From contig NW_019091360.1 of assembly GCF_001949145.1 (NCBI RefSeq), positions 320,502 to 384,501 on the forward strand: DNA of 64,000 bases. The letters are read 5' to 3'. Origin of the DNA: Acanthaster planci. Its lineage: Eukaryota. The translations under genes and the position numbers were made by a program. This document shows, one piece after another, positions 51,033-62,024 of the stretch (position 1 is its first letter; every line of letters starts with the position of its first letter). Below the pieces are notes generated by a model, which was not told the DNA's origin, searched no databases, and worked only from the letters and a program-made list of their open reading frames with translations.

Positions 51033-52300
51033 ATGTCACAACAATACACCAAAAAGCTAAACCCGAGCAGGCGTCTAAAGGTTCCTCGCGCGATCAAAGG
51101 CGAAAGGCGCGAAGTAACCATTACGCATAATCCGAGTACCATAGCCGCGGGTCACACGTTAAACGTACAATTTCCGGCCCTAGGCACGGACGACATCATT
51201 GTACCCGGCACCGCGAAACTGGCTTTTAAACTTGATCTAGAGGGCGCTTCGGACGATAACAGGACAGTTTATAACAACGTGGCGAGAAACCTGGTTTCGG
51301 AAATAAACGTTAGTCTACAGGGAAACAAAATCGTAAGTTACCGAGATGCGGACGTATTTCACAATTTTAAGGACAATTGGCTACCCCTGTCGCAGACTAA
51401 AAATATGGCGTACTTTGGTTTGGAAAAGGAGAACGTGGCCATGATACGTGTTGGTGCTGGCGACAAAAACGAAGCCGAAAACAACGGTAAAGATAAAGCG
51501 ATTGCCGATGCTTTTAAAAACAGATACACGATTCCACTGGACACGCCTTTGTTGACGGATCATTCTCCCTTTTACCCGTCGTGGTTTAAAGAGCCTCTGA
51601 CGTATCAACTGACTTTTAACGGGCACGACAAAGTGGCCAACTCGTCAGATACAGCCGCAGAATACTCCATTTCGGACCTGACCCTGGAATACGAAGTTGT
51701 TACTAATCGAGATTTGGCGCAAACAGTAAAAAATAAAAAAAAAGCGATGTATTACCTATTCGACCGGGTGCATTCCTGGAAGAAGCAAGCGGTAAACAAG
51801 TCTGACACGCTTTGGAACATCAGCATCGACAAACGATCAAGAGCTTGAAAGGAATTTTGATCCTGTTTAAAGACCCGGCTATTAAAACCCCCCAGAGATT
51901 TTATAAACCGCATATAACAAAAACGATTGTGACGGTCGAAGGTAAACCGAATCAACTTTATTCGCAGGGTCTGTTTGAATACCAACATTGGAACGAAATT
52001 ACAAAATATTCTGGCGATTCGGATAGAGAATCGGCTAGAGCGGTGGCCAAGGACCTAAACTTAACCGGAGTAGATATGGCCGAATACTTAAGAGATAAGT
52101 ACGGTCTGTGGCTCGATTTCAGAAGTTCCGACGATAACAGCGCTCATAGATCGGGTAGACCACTAGGCGGCAAAGGAGATATATCGATTCAAATGGAAAG
52201 AGCGAGCGAAACCGCGGGACCGCTGACGATGTACGTGTTTCTGGTGATGGACTTGCAACTCACGGTTGAGGACGGTAATTTTAAGAGCTTGGTTTATTAA
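51033..52300 (+). pseudogene. Putative double jelly-roll major capsid protein, copy B (single frameshift ~51830)
   Basis: ~420 aa when joined; KLNPSRRL..THNPSTI..FPALG..IVPGT..YGLWLDFRS; beta-rich; among the most conserved genes between the copies; adjacent to the ATPase. Confidence 0.78.
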
Positions 52301-52304
52301 AAAA

Positions 52305-53042
52305 ATGAGCGAGCGTAGCGAAGCGAAGCGAGAAACGAGCGAAGCGAGTGTTACCGAAGCGAATGAACGAAGCGAACAACGAGCGAAGCGAGCGAATGAA
52401 ATGAAAAATTTTAGTAGACCATACTTTTACAAGAATCTGCATTGTGCATTGATCGTGGGTGAGACGGGTAGCGGGAAGACTAACTGGATTTTAAATCTTT
52501 TAGAGACTGAATATAAATTCGCGTTTGAAGCTATCGTGATCATCTGCCCGACGCTTTTTAAGAATAAAACGTATTTAGAACGCCCGTGGATATACACCGA
52601 CGAAAACGTTTACCTGTGTGATTTAGATCGGGAAAGACTAGAATTAAACGAGTCAATCGAACTTTATCAAAAAATATTCGACGAAACGAACACGTTGTTT
52701 ATTATCGACGACTGCGCAGCTGATCAGTTTATTAAGTACCGAAAGAAATCTAAGAGTAGCAATACGTGCGCTTTCAGTAAGATGGCGTTCTCAGGCCGAC
52801 ATTACCTTCACAGCTGCTGGCTACTTACCCAAAAGTACAATTCGGTGCTAAAAGATTTCAGAGAGAATACGGCATGGACCGCTATTTTTCATTGCAAAGA
52901 TAGATCGTCCTTTGACCAATGTCTGGATGAGAATGACGTAGTACCGGACGAAAAACGTGATCAAATAAAAAAATATTTACGAGACGTGAAATTTAGTAAG
53001 CTAATTTTAAATACGGAGACACCGGTGAGCTATTTCGTTTAG
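52305..53042 (+). CDS. A32/FtsK-HerA-type genome packaging ATPase, intact
   Basis: Walker A GETGSGKT, Walker B LFIIDD, SGRH and LLTQ motifs; the first ~32 aa derive from a repeat array (alternative ATG at 52401). Confidence 0.92.
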   Translation: MSERSEAKRETSEASVTEANERSEQRAKRANEMKNFSRPYFYKNLHCALIVGETGSGKTNWILNLLETEYKFAFEAIVIICPTLFKNKTYLERPWIYTDENVYLCDLDRERLELNESIELYQKIFDETNTLFIIDDCAADQFIKYRKKSKSSNTCAFSKMAFSGRHYLHSCWLLTQKYNSVLKDFRENTAWTAIFHCKDRSSFDQCLDENDVVPDEKRDQIKKYLRDVKFSKLILNTETPVSYFV

Positions 53043-53087
53043 TAAAATTGAGAATTTTTTTTAAAAATACTACTAATAAAAGTAACG

Positions 53088-53672
53088 ATGAAAAAGAATT
53101 GCGTTAAGTGTCGTTGGCTTTCAGACTGGACAAACTTTAAAACGCAGAAAACAGGCAAAATTAACTCGACTTGTAACGATTGTATCGAGAAAATACGAGC
53201 TTATCAAGCGTTAAACAAGTGCCCGCACGGGAAGCAGGGATCTCAGTGTGTGGAATGCAACGGATCGTCAATTTGCGAACACAGGCTACTAAGATATGCT
53301 TGTAAACGTTGTGGTGGAGGTGGCATCTGTCTGCATGGAAAACAGAGGTCATATTGCAAGATTTGTTCTGACCCGATTGAAGTAAAGATTAGAAGATGGA
53401 TTAACACCGCTCGCAAATTAGATAAGAAGTATGGCCGATTTGAACCTAATTATTTGATCGACACACACTTTTGCCGTGGTTTGATCAAAGATTGCAAGGT
53501 TCGAATGCAATTCTTAGAGAACAAAGATGACTTGTGTACCATTGAATGATTAGATAACAAAATCGGTCACATTAAGTCTAACGTTGTGCTTTGCTGCTTG
53601 AGTTGTAACTATAAAAGGAAGTCTGATAAGTTAATTGTTACGTCGTCTAATGATTTAAAAATTGGCTACTAA
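53088..53672 (+). pseudogene. CxH-x6-CxxC repeat zinc-ribbon protein with a C-terminal HNH-like nuclease
   Basis: CPHGKQ..CVEC / CEH..CKRC / CLHGKQ..CKIC; reading through TGA 53547 gives TIE*LDNKIGHIKSNVVLCCLSCN. Confidence 0.75.
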
Positions 53673-53762
53673 ATATCTATTAACTACCTAACTTTTGTTA
53701 TAGCTAGGCTACGTCAGCCTAGTTACAACTTTTTTTATTTTAGTTATAACAAATAAGCAACA

Positions 53763-53921
53763 ATGTTTGAGCTAGTTCAACTACTTATTCAGTTAGTTAT
53801 AGCAGCTAACCTGACCTACCTTACGATCGAGTACATACGGTTAAAGCACGCCTACAAGAAATTTAAAAATCATATAATTAAATGGACGATATCAAAAGCA
53901 TTCTCACCGAGCGAAGCGTAG
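53763..53921 (+). CDS. Small single-TM peptide (below the ORF-track cutoff)
   Basis: MFELVQLLIQLVIAANLTYLTIEY; copy A has the homologous LEYIQLVIQL.VIIAANLTYYTYEY at ~29870-29950. Confidence 0.55.
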   Translation: MFELVQLLIQLVIAANLTYLTIEYIRLKHAYKKFKNHIIKWTISKAFSPSEA

Positions 53922-54483
53922 CGAGCAGCGAATCAACTGAATCGAGCGAATGTAAACAAAACGTCAAAGACAGACTCTGTTCGATAGCTGCGTCAGGTGA
54001 AAGTAAAAAGTACCTAGGTAAAGAATATTCGATCAAAGAAATTGAAGCTCTGTCACTTAAAGACCAAGAAAAGCTTTTTAACCTCTACGAAGTTAAATTT
54101 GGCAAAGAGATCGTCAAAACTCTCGGCCACGCTATTTTAAGTCTTTATTCTCGCTTACTCGGTATAGCTACTCCGATCGATCTACTCGGGTTCAACGTTA
54201 ACTTGACGTCCGAAGAAGCGCTGACCAAAGACCTAAGCAACGACCCGATTATAAGTCAGACCATGGGTCACTTACTTTAACCGAGATCTGTTACAAGTAC
54301 GGTGTATATTCGTCACCACTTACAGCTGCGTTGATTACCACTAAGCATCTAGAATTTAACAAAAGCTCTGTTATATTAAAAGAGGATGTCAACGAACGAA
54401 CAAGCGAACACTCCAGCAAACAACGAAGTGAACAGTCCAGTATAGACGAACGAAGCGAGACCTCAGACGGTAACTACAATTAA
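53882..54483 (+). pseudogene. Conserved hypothetical protein (SKKYLGK motif), copy B
   Basis: Homolog of 30007-30543; frameshift near 54280. Confidence 0.75.
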
Positions 54484-54822
54484 AGTAAACGTTAAAAGTC
54501 CGAAGCGTGTAGAACAAGGTAAGAAATTAGCCGAGCATAACAAAAAGATGAAGCAACAGCTCGCCTAGATGAAGCAAAGCGAAGCGAGCAGCGAAGAGAG
54601 CAACCAGAATAAAATTTATCAAACGGCTAGAGAAAACAGAAACTTGATATTTGGTGGATTGGCGATTGGAGCGCTTGCGGTCTATTTAATTTGGAAAAAC
54701 AAGTTGACGCCCATGAAAGCCGAAACGAACAAGAACCAATTAGTTCAACCAAAAAGCGACCGAAAAAAGCAAACTCGAGCCAAGAAAATAAAATTGAAGA
54801 ACAGATTTTAGACATGGAATAA
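54386..54822 (+). pseudogene. KSPKRVEQGKKLAEHN-motif protein with a TM segment, copy B
   Basis: Basic motif, then LIFGGLAIGALAVYLIW; ends QILDME like copy A. Confidence 0.65.
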
Positions 54823-54846
54823 ATTTAAGATTCCTTATTATTAAAT

Positions 54847-55095
54847 ATGAGTAACGCTAAATCAATCGACGTAAACGGAATCGCGAATACTGTTTACCAC
54901 GGTGCAGTCGTTTCGGGGCTATCGCTCGGTTACGCCATGCTATCGAGCAAGCTATTTAAAATCAAACCGCCGGATTTAAATAAATTATCTGCCGAAGACG
55001 CGTTGAAATTGACCGCGCTGTCTAGCGGTGCATTGGCCACCCAGGGTTGGTTGGTAGCGCAAGGTATCCTGCCCGCGAGCCTGCCCACCGCTTAA
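54847..55095 (+). CDS. Small hydrophobic protein, intact
   Basis: 82-aa ORF with two hydrophobic segments; conserved with copy A. Confidence 0.8.
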   Translation: MSNAKSIDVNGIANTVYHGAVVSGLSLGYAMLSSKLFKIKPPDLNKLSAEDALKLTALSSGALATQGWLVAQGILPASLPTA

Positions 55096-55122
55096 GTTTC
55101 TTTATTTTAAAGTTAAAGTGAC

Positions 55123-56474
55123 ATGGCTGAAGGAGGATTGGATCCCGAGGAAATACCTCTGTTAAATCTAGATAACGAAGAAACAAATCAAAAGGATTTA
55201 GATTGGGACTATAATGAAACATCGTTGTTAGAAGACCCTGATTTTACACATCCTATTACTGTTGGGCCAGACGAAGAAGATGAAATATATGGCGGCTTAG
55301 AGAGCGAAAAGCGATACTACGAATAAATTAAAGACGTCGATCCTTTACACGAAACAGAACTAACAAAACAAGTCAACTTAATGGAGCTTAGGCAATTGTT
55401 ACGCGAATCTAAAGTGAACGATTTTTACTCAGCTATTAAAGGAGAAACTGGTTACGAAACAGAAATTAAAGACCCAAATGTTTTTAATTTGGATAGTAAA
55501 GATCGCCTGTACGTAAAGTTTGAAGGCAAAAAAGTTCTTTTAACCCAAGAAAACGATAATAGTAAATTTCTTAGCCTAAATACTATTAGACAAAGAACAA
55601 ACACAGATTTTATAAGACGCGTCTTAGGCTTGATAGATTACGTTTCTGGCAAAACGAAACAACAGGCGCAAAAAGTGGCCCGTAAACTCGCGGACTTCAT
55701 CCCGAGAGCATAGAATTGGTAGAACTACCCCAAGAAGCTGATTTAGCGAGCGACATCGTAGAAGACATTACCCGTGACGTAGACGTTCAATCCGAAGGGT
55801 TAAATTACAGAGAACTCGTCGCTTTAGATAAATCGTTGCAAACGGTAAAAGGAGAATTAATTTAAATCAAGGTAAATTAGATCAGTTAGACGCAAAAATT
55901 CAACAGGTCGAAGCCGAGTTTGAAAAGCGACATCTGGAGGAGAACGTACAGAACTTCAACGGCAATTGGGCGACTTACGAGTCAAAGACGGGGTAGATTA
56001 GAAGTAATCGATAGAAATACCGATCAATTGAGGAGTCTAATTAATCGCATCAAGGAAACGACCGAAAAGATCATGAATTCAGATTTGACACTACGCGAGA
56101 AGATTCGAACGATATTTCGGGAACAAGGCGTCACGATCGTGAGCATTTTAACGGCTTTTAGTTTAGCCGTGAGTACCATCGTTAGTAGTATCGTGGCTAG
56201 CGTCAGAGCTGCCGGAGCGAGCAAACCAACACCCGCACCTAAACCAACGCCAGTTCCTCCTTCCAAAGGTGGAATTACCGATTGGATCAAACATCAGCTG
56301 TGGAACTTGGCAAACGTATTGAAGAAACTCGGGTTGAAAGCTTTAGGCGCTCTGCTCGGAATCATCGGTAGCGTTTTGAGTTGGATTTTTAACGTGGCGA
56401 GTAAAACGGTCGGATTGGTGGCTGAGCACGTGTGGACCTTGTTTGTACGCCTTAAATCAAACCGTTTAAGTTAA
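55123..56474 (+). pseudogene. Acidic / coiled-coil / membrane C-terminus protein, copy B
   Basis: MAEGG..LREKIRTIFREQGVTIVSILTA..WIKHQLWNLA..GSVLSWIF; stops and frameshifts. Confidence 0.8.
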
Positions 56475-57544
56475 AATTTTATACAACGTAAAACCGATGA
56501 CACCCACGGCAACGGCTCTGACGGTTAATGATAGTTTCTCTTCGTAGTGAGCGTCTAAAGACTTACTTAAAACTGGCTATACAATTGGTCTCGGTAACAC
56601 TTCCGGTTCTGGTTCTTCATTCAAACTCGGTACGTATCCAGTCTTCATATCTGCAGTCGCGACTTGTAAATTATTGTTATAACCCTCAAAAGTGCCTATG
56701 CGTAAGTCCATGTCAGAGGGCACCAGGTATAAACCGGGGTGACTACGAAATTCAAAGGCGTTTTCACGTATTGTAGCGAATTTGAAATTGGTCGATCGAC
56801 TGTTCGAGATCGGGGTCCGAATTAATTAAAGACCCCACGATCATAATAAATTGCCGTTGCGCGTCTAATCCGGTGCCGGTGGCCAAAACGCTGGTCTTGG
56901 TCTGTGCCTGTGCCCCGAGTAACGCGTAGACGTAAGCTCGAATTGATTCGTTTACCTTGGTGATTCCCACGTTCGTCAACCGAGACTTTTTAGGAACAGA
57001 ATCCCACCAGGCCAAAGTAACCGCGTCCGACTGTGAAATCCAGGTGACCGTGTAGGTACTCGCGTGACCGGAACCTTTAGGCAATTTAGCCCAGCCAAAT
57101 CCCATGTAAGTAGATCCCGCGTATTTACCGTTGGTCACGTGTAAGTCGTGCGCGTCGTAGTTTTTACCCGGAACAGGTACGTAACCGTCGTCGTAATAAT
57201 AAGCGGTGCCTAATCAGGCCGATAATTTGTCTCTTGTTTGTTTATACGATTTATTTGGGTCTACTCCGTATAAAAGGCACGTGTCGGTAAACTTCCGATG
57301 GTCGTAATTATTGCGTAACGCATCAAATACGTCGTCGCTAGGAATGGGCATCACGCAGTTGTAAAATATTTTTCTTACGGTGTAATACACGTGAAAGTTA
57401 AATAAAGCCGAGACATATGGATTGGGATCAGACAGCAGATCAAAACCCACACCGCCGGCCCATACGCGTGCGTCAAATTTAGAAACTCGGCTGTAAATTG
57501 TCTTCGTTGACTACAATGTTTAGACTACTAAAATTGCCTCCCAT
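56466..57544 (-). pseudogene. MGxxxS-start, C-terminally anchored protein, copy B
   Basis: MGGNFSS start; NFHVYY; ESIRAYVYALLGAQAQT; hydrophobic tail AVAVGVIGFTLY. Confidence 0.8.
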
Positions 57545-57700
57545 TTATTTTAAAAGACTTTTAAAAAGGAGGGGCCGTCGGTTGGGTGAAAATACTCGCT
57601 TCGCTCGTTGTCGTTTTGTTCGGTTTGCTCGTTTCGATCGCTTCTCGATAAGCGGGTGGAGATTCTGGCTTTTCTTTAAACTTAACCGACTTTGTTAAAG

Positions 57701-58362
57701 TTATTCGCCAAGTTTTTTCATAAGATCTTTTTTTAAAACCGCCGCCCGTTCGTTGGCTAGCGCTTCTGCTCTCTCGTTGACTTGGCGTTCAAATTCTTCT
57801 TTAGAAGTTTCTTTAGTTTCCTCCAATTTTGTAGACGTACGCGATCTGATCTTTTCTTTCATCTCGTTAAACTTTTTCAGCTCGGATAAAATAAGGACAA
57901 ATTCTTCCTGGGATATGACACCGTCTTTAATCGCGTGAGATACATATTCCTCGATGGTGTTAAATTTAGCGTCTGCCAACATTCGAATTTGGTCGTGTTT
58001 TTTAGTTTTGTGGGTGAGTCTACGGGAGGTGTATTTCAATATCGCGTAAGCGCCAAACGCACCGATAGCGATGCCTTCCATCACAAGTCCAACGGGTCCG
58101 GTTACGACTCCCAAATTGGCGGGAATGCCGACGGTGTTGATGTGGCACCAATTGCTTCCACGCCATACTCCACTTACCGAGTGCGGTTAAAAGTCGTTTG
58201 ATCTTTTTGTAACTATTTTCTCTCGGGTCACGTTCTCTTTGGATTTGAGATTTAATTTCTTCGATCTTTCTGAGTCTGTATATTTTGGTTTCCGCTTGTT
58301 CAGCCGAGTTTAAAGTCAACTCCGGGTGTTTACTTAAAATCCGGGTATACGTTAGTCGTCAT
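57701..58362 (-). pseudogene. Coiled-coil + two-TM + helical C-terminus protein, copy B
   Basis: YRLRKIEEIK..GVVTGPVGLVMEGIAIGAFG..KHDQIRMLADAKFNTI..DGVISQEEF. Confidence 0.8.
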
Positions 58363-58397
58363 CTTTTATTATAATATTACTTTTATAATCACGCGTT

Positions 58398-59359
58398 TTA
58401 AAAAATGTCTAACTCGATTAAAATTTTGCCGATGTTATTCAAGAGCTCGCCTCTATCGTTTTTAACAGAAAAAGTCAATTCACTGATGTTCCTGTCGATT
58501 AACTTTTTAGGCGTTTCACAGTGATTACAGGTGCGAGGCTCGGTAGCTATCACGTACAGCAAGTCTAAAGACTGCCCGTTGTAAAAATTGTAAAATGTAT
58601 TTAATTGTTTGCAGTGAATAAACGCGAGTTTCAATGGGTTTAAATCGTACTTGCCTTCGTAAATAACGTTGGGTAAAAGTTTTATTTTGGGTAAGTTCAA
58701 TAGCTTCTTTGTTTAATCGCAACTTGAGATTGGGTCCGTAATGGCCAATGTCACCCGTTTAGATTCTGAGTGAACCATAAAAGAAACACCCGCAATCACA
58801 AAAAGTGAAACCAGTCCATGCCATAATAACCGAGGGATACCACAATGCTTCCTCTTTGGCCCTGGGGTAATGGTTCAGATGAGCTTCGCGAATGAAGTCT
58901 GTCATATATAGGTTCAGTTAGCCCTGTCAAAAACAGTCTTTTAGTCAATTCTCTTCTGGGTCTCGTGGGTGTTACGGGGGAGTTGGTGGTGGTAGGTCGA
59001 GTTGGGAGATTCCCTTCGTAGATTTCATCTAAAGCTTGTCTTTGCCCCTCGAGCAGTGAGCTGATTTTACTTTTTTATCGTCGATATCAAAAGCTAAAAG
59101 AGATCGCATTTCTGATGGTTGTCTTTGGTTTAACTGATCTTCTAAAGTTGCGATTTCTTGGTTCGGCTGCTCAATTTCATCAGCAATGATTCTAATTTCT
59201 TGCGCTAAATTGCCTCTTTTATTTGCTTGGATCAATCTGTTTTTAGCTGTTTGTACTAATTCTGAATTGGGAGATGCGTCCGTTCTTTCCACTGAGGGTA
59301 TTCCGGGCGGTCGTTCGCCAAGTACTCCCGCGGGCCTACCCTCCAAGTTTGTATCCCAC
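58398..59359 (-). pseudogene. Putative minor capsid protein with coiled-coil insert, copy B (5' part in gap)
   Basis: AFIHCKQL..YNGQSLDLL..ISELTFSVKNDRG..IELDIF; homologous to 34553-35649. Confidence 0.65.
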
Positions 59360-59968
59360 NNNNNNNNNNNNNNNNNNNNNNNNNNNNNNNNNNNNNNNNN
59401 NNNNNNNNNNNNNNNNNNNNNNNNNNNNNNNNNNNNNNNNNNNNNNNNNNNNNNNNNNNNNNNNNNNNNNNNNNNNNNNNNNNNNNNNNNNNNNNNNNNN
59501 NNNNNNNNNNNNNNNNNNNNNNNNNNNNNNNNNNNNNNNNNNNNNNNNNNNNNNNNNNNNNNNNNNNNNNNNNNNNNNNNNNNNNNNNNNNNNNNNNNNN
59601 NNNNNNNNNNNNNNNNNNNNNNNNNNNNNNNNNNNNNNNNNNNNNNNNNNNNNNNNNNNNNNNNNNNNNNNNNNNNNNNNNNNNNNNNNNNNNNNNNNNN
59701 NNNNNNNNNNNNNNNNNNNNNNNNNNNNNNNNNNNNNNNNNNNNNNNNNNNNNNNNNNNNNNNNNNNNNNNNNNNNNNNNNNNNNNNNNNNNNNNNNNNN
59801 NNNNNNNNNNNNNNNNNNNNNNNNNNNNNNNNNNNNNNNNNNNNNNNNNNNNNNNNNNNNNNNNNNNNNNNNNNNNNNNNNNNNNNNNNNNNNNNNNNNN
59901 NNNNNNNNNNNNNNNNNNNNNNNNNNNNNNNNNNNNNNNNNNNNNNNNNNNNNNNNNNNNNNNNNNNN

Positions 59969-60628
59969 CAGTGAACCGTTGGTACCGTAGTATACGTCTT
60001 TTGCACAAATAAATGATTGCACGTCGCATCTCTTATTGATAAATTTATCGATATTTGACGAGTCGATAGATCTTTTTCGGTGATCAAATAGGGAGGCATA
60101 GGGATCTATTTTAACGTACATTTGGTTTTTAGCAGTATAAGGCGGTTTAACTACATATTCGATCTTGTTCAATTCATCGATATCATGACTAGCTTTGTAG
60201 GCGTTCACGGTGTTAGACGGGAGATTAGACCCTTGAGACTCAATAAATTTATAAACGGCCAAATTTATGTGATCGAGTGCGTTTGTCGTAGGTGATTGTA
60301 TTTGGTAACAAATTTGACGGCCTTGGATGTTTTCAGGCGTTTTATCTCGAGTGCCGTATTTGTAAAGTGGGTTTATACCGTAACATGGTTCTATCGTCAT
60401 AATCAACAGGCGTTTGTTTTGGCCGTTGTGATGGTAAAAAATGGGCGAAGTGTAGGTCCCTTCTTTAACCACGGGTTTTGAAATAATTAATTTACTCGGG
60501 TCAAAGGGACCGTATGTGACACTGGGATCGCAGTTGTCGGCATTGAGACGCTCGTGGTCGTCCGAAACGATAAATACTTGAGTTGACATGGTTCTGATTT
60601 TCCCGGCTTTGACCAAAAATTTTCTCAT
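59969..60628 (-). CDS. Putative OB-fold ssDNA-binding-like protein (3' end in gap)
   Basis: FDPSKLIISKP..PIFY..RLLI..YGI..MYVKI..LFD..KRCDV..DVYYG pattern resembles DUF2738-like ssDNA-binding proteins of large DNA viruses; open up to the gap. Confidence 0.5.
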
Positions 60629-60630
60629 TT

Positions 60631-61167
60631 TTATTCGAGTGGGATTTCTACTTTAATTAAATGTTCGACATCAGCGTTGTATTTAATAATTAATCCAATT
60701 TTGTATAAATCCGCGTCGAGTTTAGTCGATGAATCGGGCAGTGGCTGGTTCTCTCGCGCGTGCCTCAGCTTTTTATGCTTGCCGTCTACGAGCACCACGT
60801 GATCTATTCCTTCCAACTCGACACAATTCACGCAGCAGGTGCAATAGGTACAACCAAAACATTCGATACAACGGGCACACTCGTAACAGTCCTCGCAACT
60901 GTCCAAGGCATTTGAATTCCGGCAGTCGTATGAATTAAAACAAGCCACGCAATTTATACATCTACCGCAATCGTCGCTGGTGGAGCAGTCCTTACATCTG
61001 ACGCAATCGTTACATTGGTGGCAATTGTGGCATTCTTTACAATCGGTGCATTTGCGTAAACTTTTGGAATTTAAACAACGAAAGCAATCGTACGAATCTA
61101 TCAAATCGATCGAATCTCTCGTGTCTTTGCAAAAATAACAATTCACGTTTGTAGTTTGATCTACCAT
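60631..61167 (-). CDS. Cys-rich CxxC-repeat protein, intact
   Basis: 178-aa ORF with Cys at roughly every third residue over ~110 aa. Confidence 0.8.
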   Translation of the reverse strand: MVDQTTNVNCYFCKDTRDSIDLIDSYDCFRCLNSKSLRKCTDCKECHNCHQCNDCVRCKDCSTSDDCGRCINCVACFNSYDCRNSNALDSCEDCYECARCIECFGCTYCTCCVNCVELEGIDHVVLVDGKHKKLRHARENQPLPDSSTKLDADLYKIGLIIKYNADVEHLIKVEIPLE

Positions 61168-61223
61168 TTATTTTTATGTATTTTTATTATTGTTTGTTTA
61201 TTTTTTTATCATTTTTTATAACG

Positions 61224-61583
61224 AGTTCAGGTCGACGGGAAGTCCCTTTTTTGTTTGTGAGTGATTGCTGGTGCGATCGGTGCTAGTNNNNNNNNNNNNN
61301 NNNNNNNNNNNNNNNNNNNNNNNNNNNNNNNNNNNNNNNNNNNNNNNNNNNNNNNNNNNNNNNNNNNNNNNNNNNNNNNNNNNNNNNNNNNNNNNNNNNN
61401 NNNNNNNNNNNNNNNNNNNNNNNNNNNNNNNNNNNNNNNNNNNNNNNNNNNNNNNNNNNNNNNNNNNNNNNNNNNNNNNNNNNNNNGCCGGGGTCAAAAG
61501 GTGAGTGGAAATCCCCGGTGAGTGTGGTGGGTGAAAGGGGGTGAAAAGGGCGTGTGGTCCAGAACTCTCCTATCCCTACTACT
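61224..61583. repeat. Right TIR of copy B (contains an N gap)
   Basis: Reverse complement of 45000-45286. Confidence 0.92.
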
Positions 61584-62024
61584 AGTTTTTCTTGACGTTG
61601 AACTTAGTTTTGAGTGTAGAAAATACAACAATTTTGATACCTCTAAAAGTATACTAGAAAAATGTTTGGATTGAACACGTGCACACAAGCCTGGTTAGTA
61701 AATCTGAAGGTTTAGGTTCCAGTCTTCCCTGATAAGGTTTTGCTTTGCCATTTAGTTTTCCTTCAGCTTTTATACCTGTGAATATCTACTGTTTTGTATG
61801 CTTTATACACACATGGTTTATTTTTATAATCTATTTTCTGAAGGAATATATACACAATGAAATGTTCTTTCCGTTTACTTAAAAACATGAAGTGACCATG
61901 ACATTTTGCTGTTGTTGGTTGTTATTATTATTATTATCGTCATTATAGTCATTATTATCATTTATTCCACCAAATTTTGAAAACAAGAAAAAAATAACAA
62001 ATTAGTTTAACAAATACAAATAGC

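Larger units (their letters stand above)
45000..61583 (+). mobile_element. Polinton/Maverick-like endogenous virus, copy B (complete termini, ~16.6 kb including gaps)
   Basis: Termini AGTAGTAGGGATAGGAGAGTTCTGGACCACACGCCC / GGGCGTGTGGTCCAGAACTCTCCTATCCCTACTACT; AGTTT duplicated at 44995-44999 and 61584-61588; pPolB, integrase, capsid and ATPase genes. Confidence 0.96.

Noticed and set aside
21927..61583. One giant ~40-kb element, or a recent segmental or haplotype duplication
   Set aside because: Copy B has its own TIR pair and TSD, the copies differ widely in sequence, gene content and orientation, and host repeats lie between them.
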